DNA from: a virus
Taxonomy: Duplodnaviria > Caudoviricetes
Strand: one strand, 5' to 3'
DNA length: 28,576 nucleotides
IMG/VR virus record: IMGVR_UViG_3300032086_000436
Coordinates: 1 to 28,576 of that record
Below the pieces are notes generated by a model that saw nothing but the letters and a program-made list of their open reading frames with translations, did no database searches and was not told the DNA's origin. The first letter of the stretch is position 1; each line of letters starts with the position of its first letter. The position numbers and the translations under genes are program-made. Positions 8,136 to 17,729 of the stretch are shown here, one piece after another.

Positions 8136-10040
8136 ATGGCATTTCAAGTATCACCAGGTGTTCTCGTACAGGAAAGAGATTTAACAAGAATCATTCCTGC
8201 CGTATCAACATCAATAGGTGCTTTTGCTGGCGAGTTCAGAAAAGGTCCAATTGACGAGATAATATCAATCTCTAGTGAACAAGAGTTGGTTGACACATTC
8301 GGAAAACCAGATTCAAATAACTTTGAGTCTTTCTTTTCGGCTGCAAACTTCCTATCATACTCTAACGCATTAAGAGTTGTACGAGCAACCCAAACAGGTT
8401 TACTCAATGCAAGTACCGGTGGAACTGGTATATTAATTGAGAATACCGAAGATTACCAAGACAATTATTCAACAGGTCAAGGCGCTGTTGGAAATTTCGC
8501 AGCTAGAACTGCTGGTGCATGGGGAAACAATTTACAAGTTTCTACATGTCCAAGTGCTACTGCTTATGAAGAAGTAGATAAAACAACTATAAACGACGCT
8601 TCAACTGCTGTTGGAGATACAACCATTACATTTACAAGTGGAACTGGTTTTAACGTTGGCGATCTCATCAACTTTGGTGAAGCTGGCGGGTACGAATATA
8701 GAATTACAGCTATATCAACAAATGATATAACTTTTGTAAGAAAAGAAACAGGTACAGGTGGTTTACATACTGCTGTTGCCGATGGTTCTAACGTAAGAAG
8801 AAGATGGAGATATTACGATCAAGTTGATGGTGCTCCAGGAACTTCAGCATACGTTTCAGACAGAAGCGGATCAAATGATGAATTACATGTTGTAGTTATT
8901 GACGAAGATGGTGGTATCTCAGGTACTCCAGGTGAAGTTATTGAAACTTTTTCTAAGTTATCAAAAGCTTCAGACGCAAAAACTCCACAAGGTGATTCAA
9001 ACTACTATCCAGATGTAATTTACAATAAATCAAATTACATTTATTGGATGGATCACAATTCATCTGGTACAAACTGGGGTACAGCGGCTGCTGGATTAAC
9101 TTTCACAGATGTTACTACACCTACACTAGAGAGTATGTCTGCTGGTGCAAATGGTTCAGCTGCTTCAACTGCTCAACTAAAAACTGCTTACGAAAAATTT
9201 GCAGATAGTGAAACAGTTGATGTTGGTTTAATCATAGCTGGTAAAGGCGACGCTACTCACATAGATAACCTAATCACAGTTGCTGAAGATAGAAAAGACG
9301 CTATCGTATTCTGTTCACCTGAAAGAGCAGATGTTGTGAATGTTGCAAACTCAACAACTCAAACATCTAACGTTAAATCTTTCTTTTCTGGAATCAGATC
9401 AAGTTCATATGTTGTATTTGACTCTGGTTACAAATACATGTACGACAGATACAATGACGTTTACAGATATGTACCACTAAACGGTGATATCGCTGGTTTA
9501 GCAGCTAGAACTGATTTAATCGCAGACAGTTGGTTCTCACCTGCTGGATTGAACAGAGGTATTATCAGAGGTGCAGTTAAACTTGCTTACAATCCTTCAA
9601 AAGCACAAAGAGATGAATTATATCCTGCAAGAGTTAATCCTGTAGTAACTATGCCTGGTCAAGGTACAGTACTATTTGGTGACAAAACAGGTCTTTCAAC
9701 TCCGTCAGCATTTGACAGAATTAATGTAAGAAGACTGTTCATCACTTTAGAAAAGGCAGTATCAACTGCTTCTAAGTTCCAACTTTTTGAGTTCAATGAT
9801 GAATTTACAAGAGCGAACTTTAGAAACATTGTAGAACCTTTCCTAAGAGAAGTACAAGGTCGAAGAGGTATCACAGACTTTTTAGTAGTGTGTGATGAAA
9901 CTAACAACACAGGCGAAGTAATTGATAGAAATGAATTTTTAGCGGAGATTTTTGTAAAACCTGCTAGAAGTATTAACTTTATCACATTAAAATTCGTTGC
10001 AACTAGAACTGGTGTGGCTTTCGAAGAAGTCGCTGGTTAA
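8136..10040 (+). CDS. gp18: Contractile tail sheath protein gp18
   Basis: MAFQVSPGVLVQERDLT, WFSPAGLNRG, FDRINVRRLF, FEFNDEFTR, KPARSINFI motifs; GAGGAG SD. Confidence 0.97.
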   Translation: MAFQVSPGVLVQERDLTRIIPAVSTSIGAFAGEFRKGPIDEIISISSEQELVDTFGKPDSNNFESFFSAANFLSYSNALRVVRATQTGLLNASTGGTGILIENTEDYQDNYSTGQGAVGNFAARTAGAWGNNLQVSTCPSATAYEEVDKTTINDASTAVGDTTITFTSGTGFNVGDLINFGEAGGYEYRITAISTNDITFVRKETGTGGLHTAVADGSNVRRRWRYYDQVDGAPGTSAYVSDRSGSNDELHVVVIDEDGGISGTPGEVIETFSKLSKASDAKTPQGDSNYYPDVIYNKSNYIYWMDHNSSGTNWGTAAAGLTFTDVTTPTLESMSAGANGSAASTAQLKTAYEKFADSETVDVGLIIAGKGDATHIDNLITVAEDRKDAIVFCSPERADVVNVANSTTQTSNVKSFFSGIRSSSYVVFDSGYKYMYDRYNDVYRYVPLNGDIAGLAARTDLIADSWFSPAGLNRGIIRGAVKLAYNPSKAQRDELYPARVNPVVTMPGQGTVLFGDKTGLSTPSAFDRINVRRLFITLEKAVSTASKFQLFEFNDEFTRANFRNIVEPFLREVQGRRGITDFLVVCDETNNTGEVIDRNEFLAEIFVKPARSINFITLKFVATRTGVAFEEVAG

Positions 10041-10058
10041 GAATAGAGGAGAAATAAA

Positions 10059-10586
10059 ATGGCAAACATTAATGATTTTAAATCTAAACTAGCTGGCGGT
10101 GGCGCAAGAGCCAATCAGTTTAAGGTTACAATGCCTTTTCCTGGTTACGCACAGTTAGGTGGAGAAATAGAAGAACTGGCTTTCTTAGCAAAAGCAACTT
10201 CTATCCCAGCAATGACAATTGGTACAATACCTGTAAACTTTAGAGGTAGACCAATTAAAATCGCAGGTGATAGAACTATTGCGAGTTGGTCCGTTACTTG
10301 TTACAATGACACAAACTTTAAATTAAGGGATGCTTTCGAAAGATGGCAGAATGGTATCAACAATATGACAGACAACGAGGGTTTAACTAACCCAGCTGAC
10401 TATCAAGTTGACGCTTTTGTGGATCATTTAGACAGAAACGGTAACACAATTAAACCATATACTCTAAGAGGATTATTCCCAACAGAGATTGGTGCTATTG
10501 CGTTAGACTATGACACAACGGATGCTATAGAAACATTTGACGTTACGTTTGAATATCAATACTTTGAAACAAGAACGACTACTTAA
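10059..10586 (+). CDS. gp19: Tail tube protein gp19
   Basis: GGGARANQFKV, FRGRPIKIAGDRT, WSVTCYND motifs; follows gp18. Confidence 0.95.
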   Translation: MANINDFKSKLAGGGARANQFKVTMPFPGYAQLGGEIEELAFLAKATSIPAMTIGTIPVNFRGRPIKIAGDRTIASWSVTCYNDTNFKLRDAFERWQNGINNMTDNEGLTNPADYQVDAFVDHLDRNGNTIKPYTLRGLFPTEIGAIALDYDTTDAIETFDVTFEYQYFETRTTT

Positions 10587-10592
10587 TAGTTG

Positions 10593-10600
10593 GATAAGTA
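10593..10600 (+). promoter_or_regulatory. Possible variant late promoter (GATAAGTA) before the portal gene
   Basis: Late-box-like sequence with mismatches in the gp19-gp20 gap. Confidence 0.4.
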
Positions 10601-10619
10601 TTAATAGGAGAAATTAGTT

Positions 10620-12137
10620 ATGGCTGAATTATTTGGATTTTCTATTACACGGTCTAAGAAACAGACTGATCCAAAACAAAGCTTTACAACAACACAAGCG
10701 GATGACGGTACACAAACCGTCGCCGCTGGTGGTTATTTTGGTCAGTACCTTGATATGGAGGGTACTGCTAAAAGTGAAGCGGATTTAATTAGAAGATATA
10801 GAGAAATTGCGTTACACCCCGAGTGTGATATGGCAATTGAGGACATCATCAACGAAGCAGTAGTGTCTAACGAGCTAAAAGACGCTGTACGTGTAAACAT
10901 CAGCAATCTACCATATGGTGCTGAAGTTAGACGAAGAGTTGAAGATGAATTTAAAGAGTGTTTAAGGTTAATGAACTTTAACACAAAAGGACATGACATC
11001 TTTAGAAGATGGTATGTTGACGGAAGACTTTACTTTCAAAAGATTATTGACAGAAACAACCCCAAAAACGGTATTACAGAATTAAAATACATTGATCCTA
11101 GAAAGATCAAAAAGATAAGAGAAGTTAGAAAGAAAAGACCTGAGGGTGCAGGTCCTAACATGTTGACAGTTGTTGATGAATTTGTTGAATATTATTTGTT
11201 TAATGAAAAAGGAGTTTCAGGTACTACATCAGGTACAGGTATTAAGATTGCACCGGACACAATAGCATTTTGTCCTTCAGGATTAATTGACCAAAATAAA
11301 AATATTGTTTTATCGTATTTACATAAAGCAATTAAACCTACTAATCAATTAAGAATGATTGAAGACTCGGCAGTTATATACAGAATTGCAAGAGCACCTG
11401 AAAGAAGAATATTTAAGATTGATGTAGGTAATTTACCCAAAGCAAAAGCTGAACAATACTTACGAGATGTTATGGCAAGATATAGAAATAAACTTGTTTA
11501 TGACGCCTCAACAGGAGAAATCAGAGATGACAGAAACTATATGTCAATGTTGGAAGATTTTTGGTTACCGAGTAGAGAAGGCGGAAGAGGTACTGATATT
11601 ACTACTTTGCCTGGCGGTCAAAATCTAGGAGAAACAGCAGATATAGAATACTTTAGAGCTAAGTTATATAGATCGCTAAATGTTCCTGTAAGTAGATTAG
11701 AAGGATCGCAAGGTTTCAACCTAGGTCGTTCAACTGAAATAACAAGAGATGAACTTAAATTTACTAAGTTTGTCCAAAGACTTAGAAAGAAATTTACTGA
11801 GTTATTTAATGATATTTTAAGAACTCAGTTAGTATTAAAACAAATCATTAATGAGCAAGATTGGCAAAGTATTAAAGAAACAATACAATATGACTTCATA
11901 CAAGATGGTCATTTTGCAGAGTTAAAAGATACTGAGTTGTTAATGGAAAGATTAAGACTTGCTGATTCAATGAGAGATTATGTCGGAAAATATTTCTCCG
12001 TAGAATACATTAGAAAGAATATTCTAAAACAAAACGAAAGAGAAATAGAAGATATGAATAAACAAATCAAAAAAGAAATTGATGATGGTGTCATATCTGT
12101 TCCACAACAAGACATGCAAATGGAAGAAAAAAAATAA
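10620..12137 (+). CDS. gp20: Portal vertex protein gp20
   Basis: FRRWYVDGR, YLHKAIKP.NQLRMIED, RAPERRIF.IDVGNLPK.KAEQY, EDFWLP.REGGRGT motifs. Confidence 0.97.
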   Translation: MAELFGFSITRSKKQTDPKQSFTTTQADDGTQTVAAGGYFGQYLDMEGTAKSEADLIRRYREIALHPECDMAIEDIINEAVVSNELKDAVRVNISNLPYGAEVRRRVEDEFKECLRLMNFNTKGHDIFRRWYVDGRLYFQKIIDRNNPKNGITELKYIDPRKIKKIREVRKKRPEGAGPNMLTVVDEFVEYYLFNEKGVSGTTSGTGIKIAPDTIAFCPSGLIDQNKNIVLSYLHKAIKPTNQLRMIEDSAVIYRIARAPERRIFKIDVGNLPKAKAEQYLRDVMARYRNKLVYDASTGEIRDDRNYMSMLEDFWLPSREGGRGTDITTLPGGQNLGETADIEYFRAKLYRSLNVPVSRLEGSQGFNLGRSTEITRDELKFTKFVQRLRKKFTELFNDILRTQLVLKQIINEQDWQSIKETIQYDFIQDGHFAELKDTELLMERLRLADSMRDYVGKYFSVEYIRKNILKQNEREIEDMNKQIKKEIDDGVISVPQQDMQMEEKK

Positions 12138-12148
12138 GGAGTATGTAA

Positions 12149-12460
12149 ATGAGTGAACAAGTAAAAAACTTTATAGATCAAGTAGCTGACGGAAACAATG
12201 TTGACGCTGGCGAAGCATTTAAGGATGCATTAAGAACTAAAATTGGAGACGCTTTAGATAATAAGAGAAAAGAGTTGGCAGCTTCTTTATTTAATGGAGC
12301 AAGTGCAACACCTGAAGCACAACCATATAGCGACCCAAAACCAGAGATTGCTGAACCAGGAACTTTCAATGCTGATGGTTCTGTTTCAACTGGTAATGAT
12401 GGTGAAGCACAAATTGATTTAACACAGGCACCAACCGATGGCGAACCAGAGAGTAAGTAA
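12149..12460 (+). CDS. Small acidic protein, probable prohead core protein (gp67-like position)
   Basis: Directly after the portal gene; FIDQV..GNNVDA.EAFKDAL..KIGDALD pattern; AGGAG SD. Confidence 0.6.
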   Translation: MSEQVKNFIDQVADGNNVDAGEAFKDALRTKIGDALDNKRKELAASLFNGASATPEAQPYSDPKPEIAEPGTFNADGSVSTGNDGEAQIDLTQAPTDGEPESK

Positions 12461-12683
12461 TCTTTTTGAAGAAAAGAAAACAATAAATTCAAACTCTTTT
12501 ACTTCGTTATCGCCTGTGATGAAAGAGGCAGTTGAAACTGTCTTAGAATTATCATCACCTGTCGGTGATGTAGTAAAAACTTTTGATGAGGCGGTTGAAA
12601 AAGCTGCTAAACATTTTGAAGTAAACAAACAAGATATTATTGATTACTTTGACAACGAATTAAAAGAACAATTAGGAGAATAA
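12438..12683 (+). CDS. Hypothetical head-region protein
   Basis: 81 aa ORF filling the gap in the co-oriented cluster; its 3' end carries the AGGAG SD for the next gene. Confidence 0.6.
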   Translation: MANQRVSNLFEEKKTINSNSFTSLSPVMKEAVETVLELSSPVGDVVKTFDEAVEKAAKHFEVNKQDIIDYFDNELKEQLGE

Positions 12684-12684
12684 A

Positions 12685-12933
12685 ATGGCACAAACATTTA
12701 TAGTTAAGGGTAGTGTTGTTGATAATCCAAGTGGTAATAATATCAGTAGAGCTCAATTCGTAAGAGTTACAGCAACTGCTGATGTTACAGGCACAGTTTT
12801 GGATGCAGACGACAATACACTTGGACAATTTTATTTAGAAAACGGAGATACCGTTATTATTGAAAAAAATCCTGGTGATAAAATCACATGCGCTACTTCA
12901 AAAGCTAGTGCTGTAGGATCACCAAGAAGTTAA
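12685..12933 (+). CDS. Hypothetical beta-rich protein, possibly a virion component
   Basis: AGGAG SD, 82 aa, within the late head cluster. Confidence 0.65.
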   Translation: MAQTFIVKGSVVDNPSGNNISRAQFVRVTATADVTGTVLDADDNTLGQFYLENGDTVIIEKNPGDKITCATSKASAVGSPRS

Positions 12934-12941
12934 GGAAAACA

Positions 12942-13334
12942 ATGGCAGATACAGTTTCAGTACAAACTATAGCTGATACATCTGGTGTTAAGTATGTCTG
13001 TAAAATGACTAACTTATCAGATGGTTCAGGTGAATCATTAGTAAAAAAGGTAGACGCTTCAGAGTTAACTTTTATGAGTGAAGATGGTAATAGAAAGATT
13101 AGTAAAGTATGGTATTCTATTAATACGAATAACAATAAATCTGCCGTTGAGTTACATTGGGATGGAGAAACTAACGCAACAGCATTGTTACTAAGTGGTA
13201 ATGGTTATTGGGATTTAAGACCAAGTGGTAATGAAATACCTAATAATGCAACTACACCTAATGGTGATGTATTATTGTCAACAAAAAACTTTGCAGATGG
13301 CGATAATTACACGATTATTATAGAGTTTAGGTAA
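12942..13334 (+). CDS. Hypothetical beta-rich protein, possibly a virion component
   Basis: TAAGGA SD, 130 aa, immediately upstream of gp21. Confidence 0.65.
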   Translation: MADTVSVQTIADTSGVKYVCKMTNLSDGSGESLVKKVDASELTFMSEDGNRKISKVWYSINTNNNKSAVELHWDGETNATALLLSGNGYWDLRPSGNEIPNNATTPNGDVLLSTKNFADGDNYTIIIEFR

Positions 13335-13341
13335 AAACCCT

Positions 13342-13349
13342 TATAAATA
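13342..13349 (+). promoter_or_regulatory. T4-type late promoter TATAAATA for gp21
   Basis: Exact consensus, intergenic. Confidence 0.85.
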
Positions 13350-13370
13350 GTAATACAAGGAAAAAGAGAG

Positions 13371-14015
13371 ATGAAATTAATATCCGAAGAAGTTTCAAAT
13401 GCCGAGTATCTTGTAGAAGAAACTAACGGCAAGAAAAATTATAAAATTAAAGGTGTGTTCTTACAATCTAACGTTAAGAACCGAAATGGAAGAGTTTATC
13501 CAAAAGAGATTTTGGAAAACGAAGTGATGAGATATAATAGAGAATTTATCAATAAAAAAAGAGCGTTTGGCGAATTAGGACATCCTGATGGACCAACTGT
13601 GAATTTAGAGCGTGTATCACACATGATTACTAAACTTTCACCAGACGGAACAAATTTTATTGGTGAGGCAAAGATTATGGATACTCCATACGGTAAGATT
13701 GTAAAAGGTCTTATTGACGAAGGTGCTCAACTTGGTGTTTCAAGTAGAGGTATGGGTTCCCTAATACAGCGTAATGGCGCAAACTACGTAAAAGATGACT
13801 TTTACCTTGCGACAGCAGCTGATATAGTCGCAGATCCATCAGCTCCAGATGCCTTTGTACAAGGTATTATGGAAAATAAAGAGTGGGTTTGGGATAACGG
13901 TGTACTTGTTGAGAAGGATATAGACGCCTGGAAACGACAAGTGCGTGAAGCGAAACAAAGAAGTTTAGAAAAAGCTAAACTAAAAGTCTTTGAATCGCTA
14001 CTTAAAAAACTTTAA
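13371..14015 (+). CDS. gp21: Prohead protease gp21
   Basis: NRNGRVYP, GELGHP (catalytic His), GVSSRGMGS (catalytic Ser), DIVADPSAPDA. Confidence 0.96.
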   Translation: MKLISEEVSNAEYLVEETNGKKNYKIKGVFLQSNVKNRNGRVYPKEILENEVMRYNREFINKKRAFGELGHPDGPTVNLERVSHMITKLSPDGTNFIGEAKIMDTPYGKIVKGLIDEGAQLGVSSRGMGSLIQRNGANYVKDDFYLATAADIVADPSAPDAFVQGIMENKEWVWDNGVLVEKDIDAWKRQVREAKQRSLEKAKLKVFESLLKKL

Positions 14016-14018
14016 TTT

Positions 14019-14026
14019 TATAAATA
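14019..14026 (+). promoter_or_regulatory. T4-type late promoter TATAAATA for gp22-gp23
   Basis: Exact consensus just after the gp21 stop. Confidence 0.85.
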
Positions 14027-14080
14027 TCTAATAAGAAAAGAAATTTATAAACGTTTATAAACAAAGAGGAGATTTCTCAA

Positions 14081-15172
14081 ATGGCCGAAACAGAAAAGCA
14101 AATTGAGGCGCTGGAAAACGAATCAGTAATGGAAGCTAACGCAGCTAATCCACAAGCTGATGCTCCGAAGAAGAACGCTGTGGCGGCTGAACCTACTCAC
14201 CTTAGTAATGAGGCGGAAGATTTAGGTCCAGCAGTTACTAAACCGACGGACTCTAATCCAGACGCAACAAAAAAATCTAAGCCAGTTTCAGGCGATGCTC
14301 AACAGAAAAATGCAGGTGCAGCTGACCCTATGCCTAAATTAAAAGAAGAGCAAGACGAAGCTGATGAAGAAGGTTCCGAGAAAATCGCTGAAACTACTGA
14401 TGAAGAAGTAAAAGAAGAAACAATCGAAGAAGATAAAATTGATGTTTCTGCTGACGTTGAAGCATTAGTAAAAGACGAAGATTTATCGGAAGACTTTAAA
14501 TCGAAAGCTGCAACAATTTTTGAAGCTGCTGTTAACACAAAAGTTAAAGAAGCAAAACATAAATTAAAAGCAGGTTACGAAGAGAAGTTAAAAGAAGAAA
14601 CAGAAACAGCTAAAGCTGAGATGGTTGAAAAAGTTGACTCATATCTATCATATGTTGTAGAAGAGTGGATGAAAGAAAACCAAATCGCTATAGAACGTGG
14701 AATTAAGGGCGAGATCGCAGAAGACTTTATATCTGGTCTCAAAAAATTATTCGAAGATCATTACATTGATGTTCCGGATGAGAAGTATGATGTACTAGAA
14801 GATCAAGCCACAAAGATTGAAACGTTAGAAAACAAACTTAATGAGGAAATCAATAAGAATATTGAACTTTCAAAAAGTAACGGTGAATTAGTAAGACAAG
14901 ACATCATTGATGAGGCGTCAAAAACACTTGCTGAAACTGATAAAGAAAAGTTCAAAAAACTTGCTGAAGAAGTTGAGTTTGCAAACGTAGATGGATTTAA
15001 AGAAAAAGTAGCTACTATAAAAGAAAGTTACTTTGGACAAAAATCTGAAACATCTAACGATTTAGATGATGTAGCGGCAGGCGAAGATACACACAACGTG
15101 GATTTGAGCGATGCTATGGCTGCTTATACCGCCGCTATTAGTAAAACTAAAGACATTAAGTTGTCAAAATAA
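14081..15172 (+). CDS. gp22: Prohead scaffolding/core protein gp22
   Basis: Acidic coiled coil; LSEDFKSKAATIFEAAV, VDSYLSYVVEEWMKEN..AIERGIK; between gp21 and gp23. Confidence 0.93.
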   Translation: MAETEKQIEALENESVMEANAANPQADAPKKNAVAAEPTHLSNEAEDLGPAVTKPTDSNPDATKKSKPVSGDAQQKNAGAADPMPKLKEEQDEADEEGSEKIAETTDEEVKEETIEEDKIDVSADVEALVKDEDLSEDFKSKAATIFEAAVNTKVKEAKHKLKAGYEEKLKEETETAKAEMVEKVDSYLSYVVEEWMKENQIAIERGIKGEIAEDFISGLKKLFEDHYIDVPDEKYDVLEDQATKIETLENKLNEEINKNIELSKSNGELVRQDIIDEASKTLAETDKEKFKKLAEEVEFANVDGFKEKVATIKESYFGQKSETSNDLDDVAAGEDTHNVDLSDAMAAYTAAISKTKDIKLSK

Positions 15173-15196
15173 TAGTAAAGAGGAGAGATAAAAGAT

Positions 15197-16543
15197 ATGT
15201 ACTTATCTGAAACTTACGAAAAAAAATGGCAGCCAGTCTTAGAACACGGTGATTTACCAAAAATTACTGATTCATATAGACGTGCCGTTACAAGTGTTAT
15301 CTTGGAAAACCAAGAAAGAGCACAAAAAGAAGACGCTGCTTTTATGACAGAAGCTGCGCCTACAAACGCAACTGGCTCTGGTGTTAACAATTGGGATCCA
15401 ATTTTGATCTCATTAGTTAGAAGAGCTATGCCTAATCTTATCGCTTACGACATTGCTGGCGTTCAGCCAATGACAGGTCCAACAGGACTTATCTTCGCAA
15501 TGAGAAGTAGATACTCAACACAGTCTGGTACTGAAGCATTATTTGACGCAGCTGATACTGATTTCTCTGGTAGAAATGCAGCTGGTTCAAGTGTAGATGG
15601 TTATTCATCAACTGCTGACTCAGGTACTAACCCAGCTGTACTTAACGATGGTTCTCCAGGAACATACACAAGTGGTACTGGTATGACTACAGCCGCTGCT
15701 GAAGCACTAGGTGACGCAGCTGGTAACGCTTTTGCTGAAATGGCATTCTCAATTGAGAAGTCAACAGTAACAGCTAAGTCAAGAGCTCTTAAAGCTGAGT
15801 ACACAATGGAACTTGCACAAGACTTAAAAGCAATCCATGGTTTAGACGCTGAAACAGAATTGGCGAACATCCTTTCTGCTGAGATCCTTGCAGAGATCAA
15901 CAGAGAAGTTGTAAGAACAATCTACATCAACGCTGAAAAAGGTGCTAGTGCAAATACTGGTACTGTGAACACAACAACTGAAGGAATCTTTGACTTAGAT
16001 ACTGACTCAAACGGTAGATGGTCTGTTGAAAGATTTAAAGGTTTAATGTTCCAAGTTGAGAGAGAAGCAAATGCTATCGCACAAAGAACACGAAGAGGAA
16101 AAGGTAACATCATTATCTGTTCTTCAGATGTTGCAAGTGCTTTACAAATGGCAGGTGTTTTAGATTACGCTCCAGCGTTAAACAACAATCTAAACGTAGA
16201 TGACACAGGTAATACTTTTGCAGGTGTTCTAAATGGTAGATTTAAAGTGTACATTGATCCATATTCAGCAAACAACACTTCGAAGCAATACTTCGTAGTT
16301 GGTTATAAAGGTACTTCACCTTATGACGCTGGTATGTTCTATTGCCCATATGTTCCACTACAAATGGTGAGAGCAGTTGGACAAGACACTTTCCAACCGA
16401 AGATCGGTTTCAAAACTAGATACGGCTTACAAGCAAACCCATTTGCTGAAGCAGGTACTGGTGACGCAGCTGTAATCAACGGTTCAGGTTCTGCTAACTC
16501 AAACAGATACTACAGAAGAGTTCAAGTTGCGAACTTAATGTAA
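15197..16543 (+). CDS. gp23: Major capsid protein gp23
   Basis: KWQPVL, LVRRAMPNLIAYDIAGVQPMTGPTGLIFAMR, SRALKAEYTMELAQDLKAIHGLDAE, FQPKIGFKTRYG. Confidence 0.98.
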   Translation: MYLSETYEKKWQPVLEHGDLPKITDSYRRAVTSVILENQERAQKEDAAFMTEAAPTNATGSGVNNWDPILISLVRRAMPNLIAYDIAGVQPMTGPTGLIFAMRSRYSTQSGTEALFDAADTDFSGRNAAGSSVDGYSSTADSGTNPAVLNDGSPGTYTSGTGMTTAAAEALGDAAGNAFAEMAFSIEKSTVTAKSRALKAEYTMELAQDLKAIHGLDAETELANILSAEILAEINREVVRTIYINAEKGASANTGTVNTTTEGIFDLDTDSNGRWSVERFKGLMFQVEREANAIAQRTRRGKGNIIICSSDVASALQMAGVLDYAPALNNNLNVDDTGNTFAGVLNGRFKVYIDPYSANNTSKQYFVVGYKGTSPYDAGMFYCPYVPLQMVRAVGQDTFQPKIGFKTRYGLQANPFAEAGTGDAAVINGSGSANSNRYYRRVQVANLM

Positions 16544-16573
16544 TATAAGTTTGGTATTACAACCAATTTTAAG

Positions 16574-16606
16574 AAGGGGAGGGTTGAAAAATCTTCCCCT
16601 TTTTTT
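16574..16606 (+). terminator. Rho-independent terminator after gp23
   Basis: AGGGGAGGGTT-GAAA-AATCTTCCCCT stem-loop followed by a T run. Confidence 0.9.
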
Positions 16607-16620
16607 ATGCCTATTTGATG

Positions 16621-16628
16621 GATAAATA
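16621..16628 (+). promoter_or_regulatory. Late promoter variant GATAAATA for gp3
   Basis: ATAAATA core directly after the terminator and 5 nt before the gp3 ATG. Confidence 0.7.
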
Positions 16629-16633
16629 TAAGT

Positions 16634-17257
16634 ATGACAACTACAAATAGTTTTTCACGTCAACCAACAAATTTGGACTATGCAAGTCCAACGCAGTTTA
16701 AATTTAATATATTAAAACTGCCTAAAGTTGAGTATTTTTGCACGGCCGTAAACATACCTGGTATTACATTAGGTACTGCTGAAATGGCAACACCACTTAA
16801 AAATATACCTCTACCAGGAGATAAACTTTCATATGACCCATTAAACATGACGTTTATGGTAGATGAAAATTTAGAAAACTGGCAAGAGATACATGGTTGG
16901 ATTAGAGGTCTAGGATTTTCAGATAGTTATGCCGATTACAGAGGTGTATTAGCTTCTGGTGCAGATAGATTTCCTGGTTCAGACGTGCCTAGTTTAGAAA
17001 CTATTGGTAAAACAAAATATGGTACTGCTAAAGATGGTGGTACTTTTTCAGACGCAACGTTAACCGTATTGACAAGTAAAAACAATTCTATATTGGAAGT
17101 AAGATTTTCAGACTTATATCCAATTAGTATTACTGGTCTTAATTACGATCAACAACCTACAGACGTGGATTATTTAACAGCTAGTGTGGTATTTGGCTAT
17201 AAAATTTACAACTTTGCAAGTGTAAATGCCTCAACAACTAGTTTAACTACATCATAA
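16634..17257 (+). CDS. gp3: Tail tube terminator/tail completion protein gp3
   Basis: YASPTQFKF...LPKVEYFC..VNIPGITLG, PGDKLSYD.L..TFMVDENLENW.EIH.W, DATLTVLTS; gp23-gp3-uvsY synteny of marine T4-like phages. Confidence 0.85.
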   Translation: MTTTNSFSRQPTNLDYASPTQFKFNILKLPKVEYFCTAVNIPGITLGTAEMATPLKNIPLPGDKLSYDPLNMTFMVDENLENWQEIHGWIRGLGFSDSYADYRGVLASGADRFPGSDVPSLETIGKTKYGTAKDGGTFSDATLTVLTSKNNSILEVRFSDLYPISITGLNYDQQPTDVDYLTASVVFGYKIYNFASVNASTTSLTTS

Positions 17258-17262
17258 TAACC

Positions 17263-17291
17263 TTTACATTTTAAAGGTTTTGTGATATAAT
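17263..17291 (+). promoter_or_regulatory. Sigma70-type early promoter for uvsY
   Basis: TTTACA-N17-TATAAT with an extended TG. Confidence 0.8.
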
Positions 17292-17300
17292 GAGGATATT

Positions 17301-17729
17301 ATGGATATAGAACAATTACAGGAATTGGCTGATAAAGATTTAAAAATCAATGATTCAGAGTTGGATATTGAAGCTTTAAAAACACCCCAATTACACAACA
17401 AATATTTAAAGCACCTAAACAAATTTAAATTACTTCTTACAAAATCTCAAGCAGAATTAAATACTTTAAGACGTGATAAGTGGGAATATTATACAGGTAA
17501 AGCTGATGCTTCTGTGTATGCACAAAAACCATTTGATCTAAAAATATTAAAAACAGATATTGACAAATATTTAAATGCTGATGAAGAAATACAAAGACTA
17601 ACTCAAAAAGTAGAATACTTAACAACAGTAATAGATTTCTTAGATAGAACTTTACGTCAAATTACCAATAGAACATTTGCTATAAAAAATGCAATTGATT
17701 GGCGAAAGTTTACTAGTGGTGCGATCTAA
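17301..17729 (+). CDS. uvsY: Recombination mediator UvsY
   Basis: DLKIND.ELD.EALKTPQLHNKY, KWEYYTGKA, NRTFAIKNAIDWRKF motifs. Confidence 0.92.
   Translation: MDIEQLQELADKDLKINDSELDIEALKTPQLHNKYLKHLNKFKLLLTKSQAELNTLRRDKWEYYTGKADASVYAQKPFDLKILKTDIDKYLNADEEIQRLTQKVEYLTTVIDFLDRTLRQITNRTFAIKNAIDWRKFTSGAI

Noticed and set aside
16551-16566. Small TTGGT/ACCAA hairpin after the gp23 stop
   Set aside because: Only 5 bp; the adjacent strong terminator explains the region.
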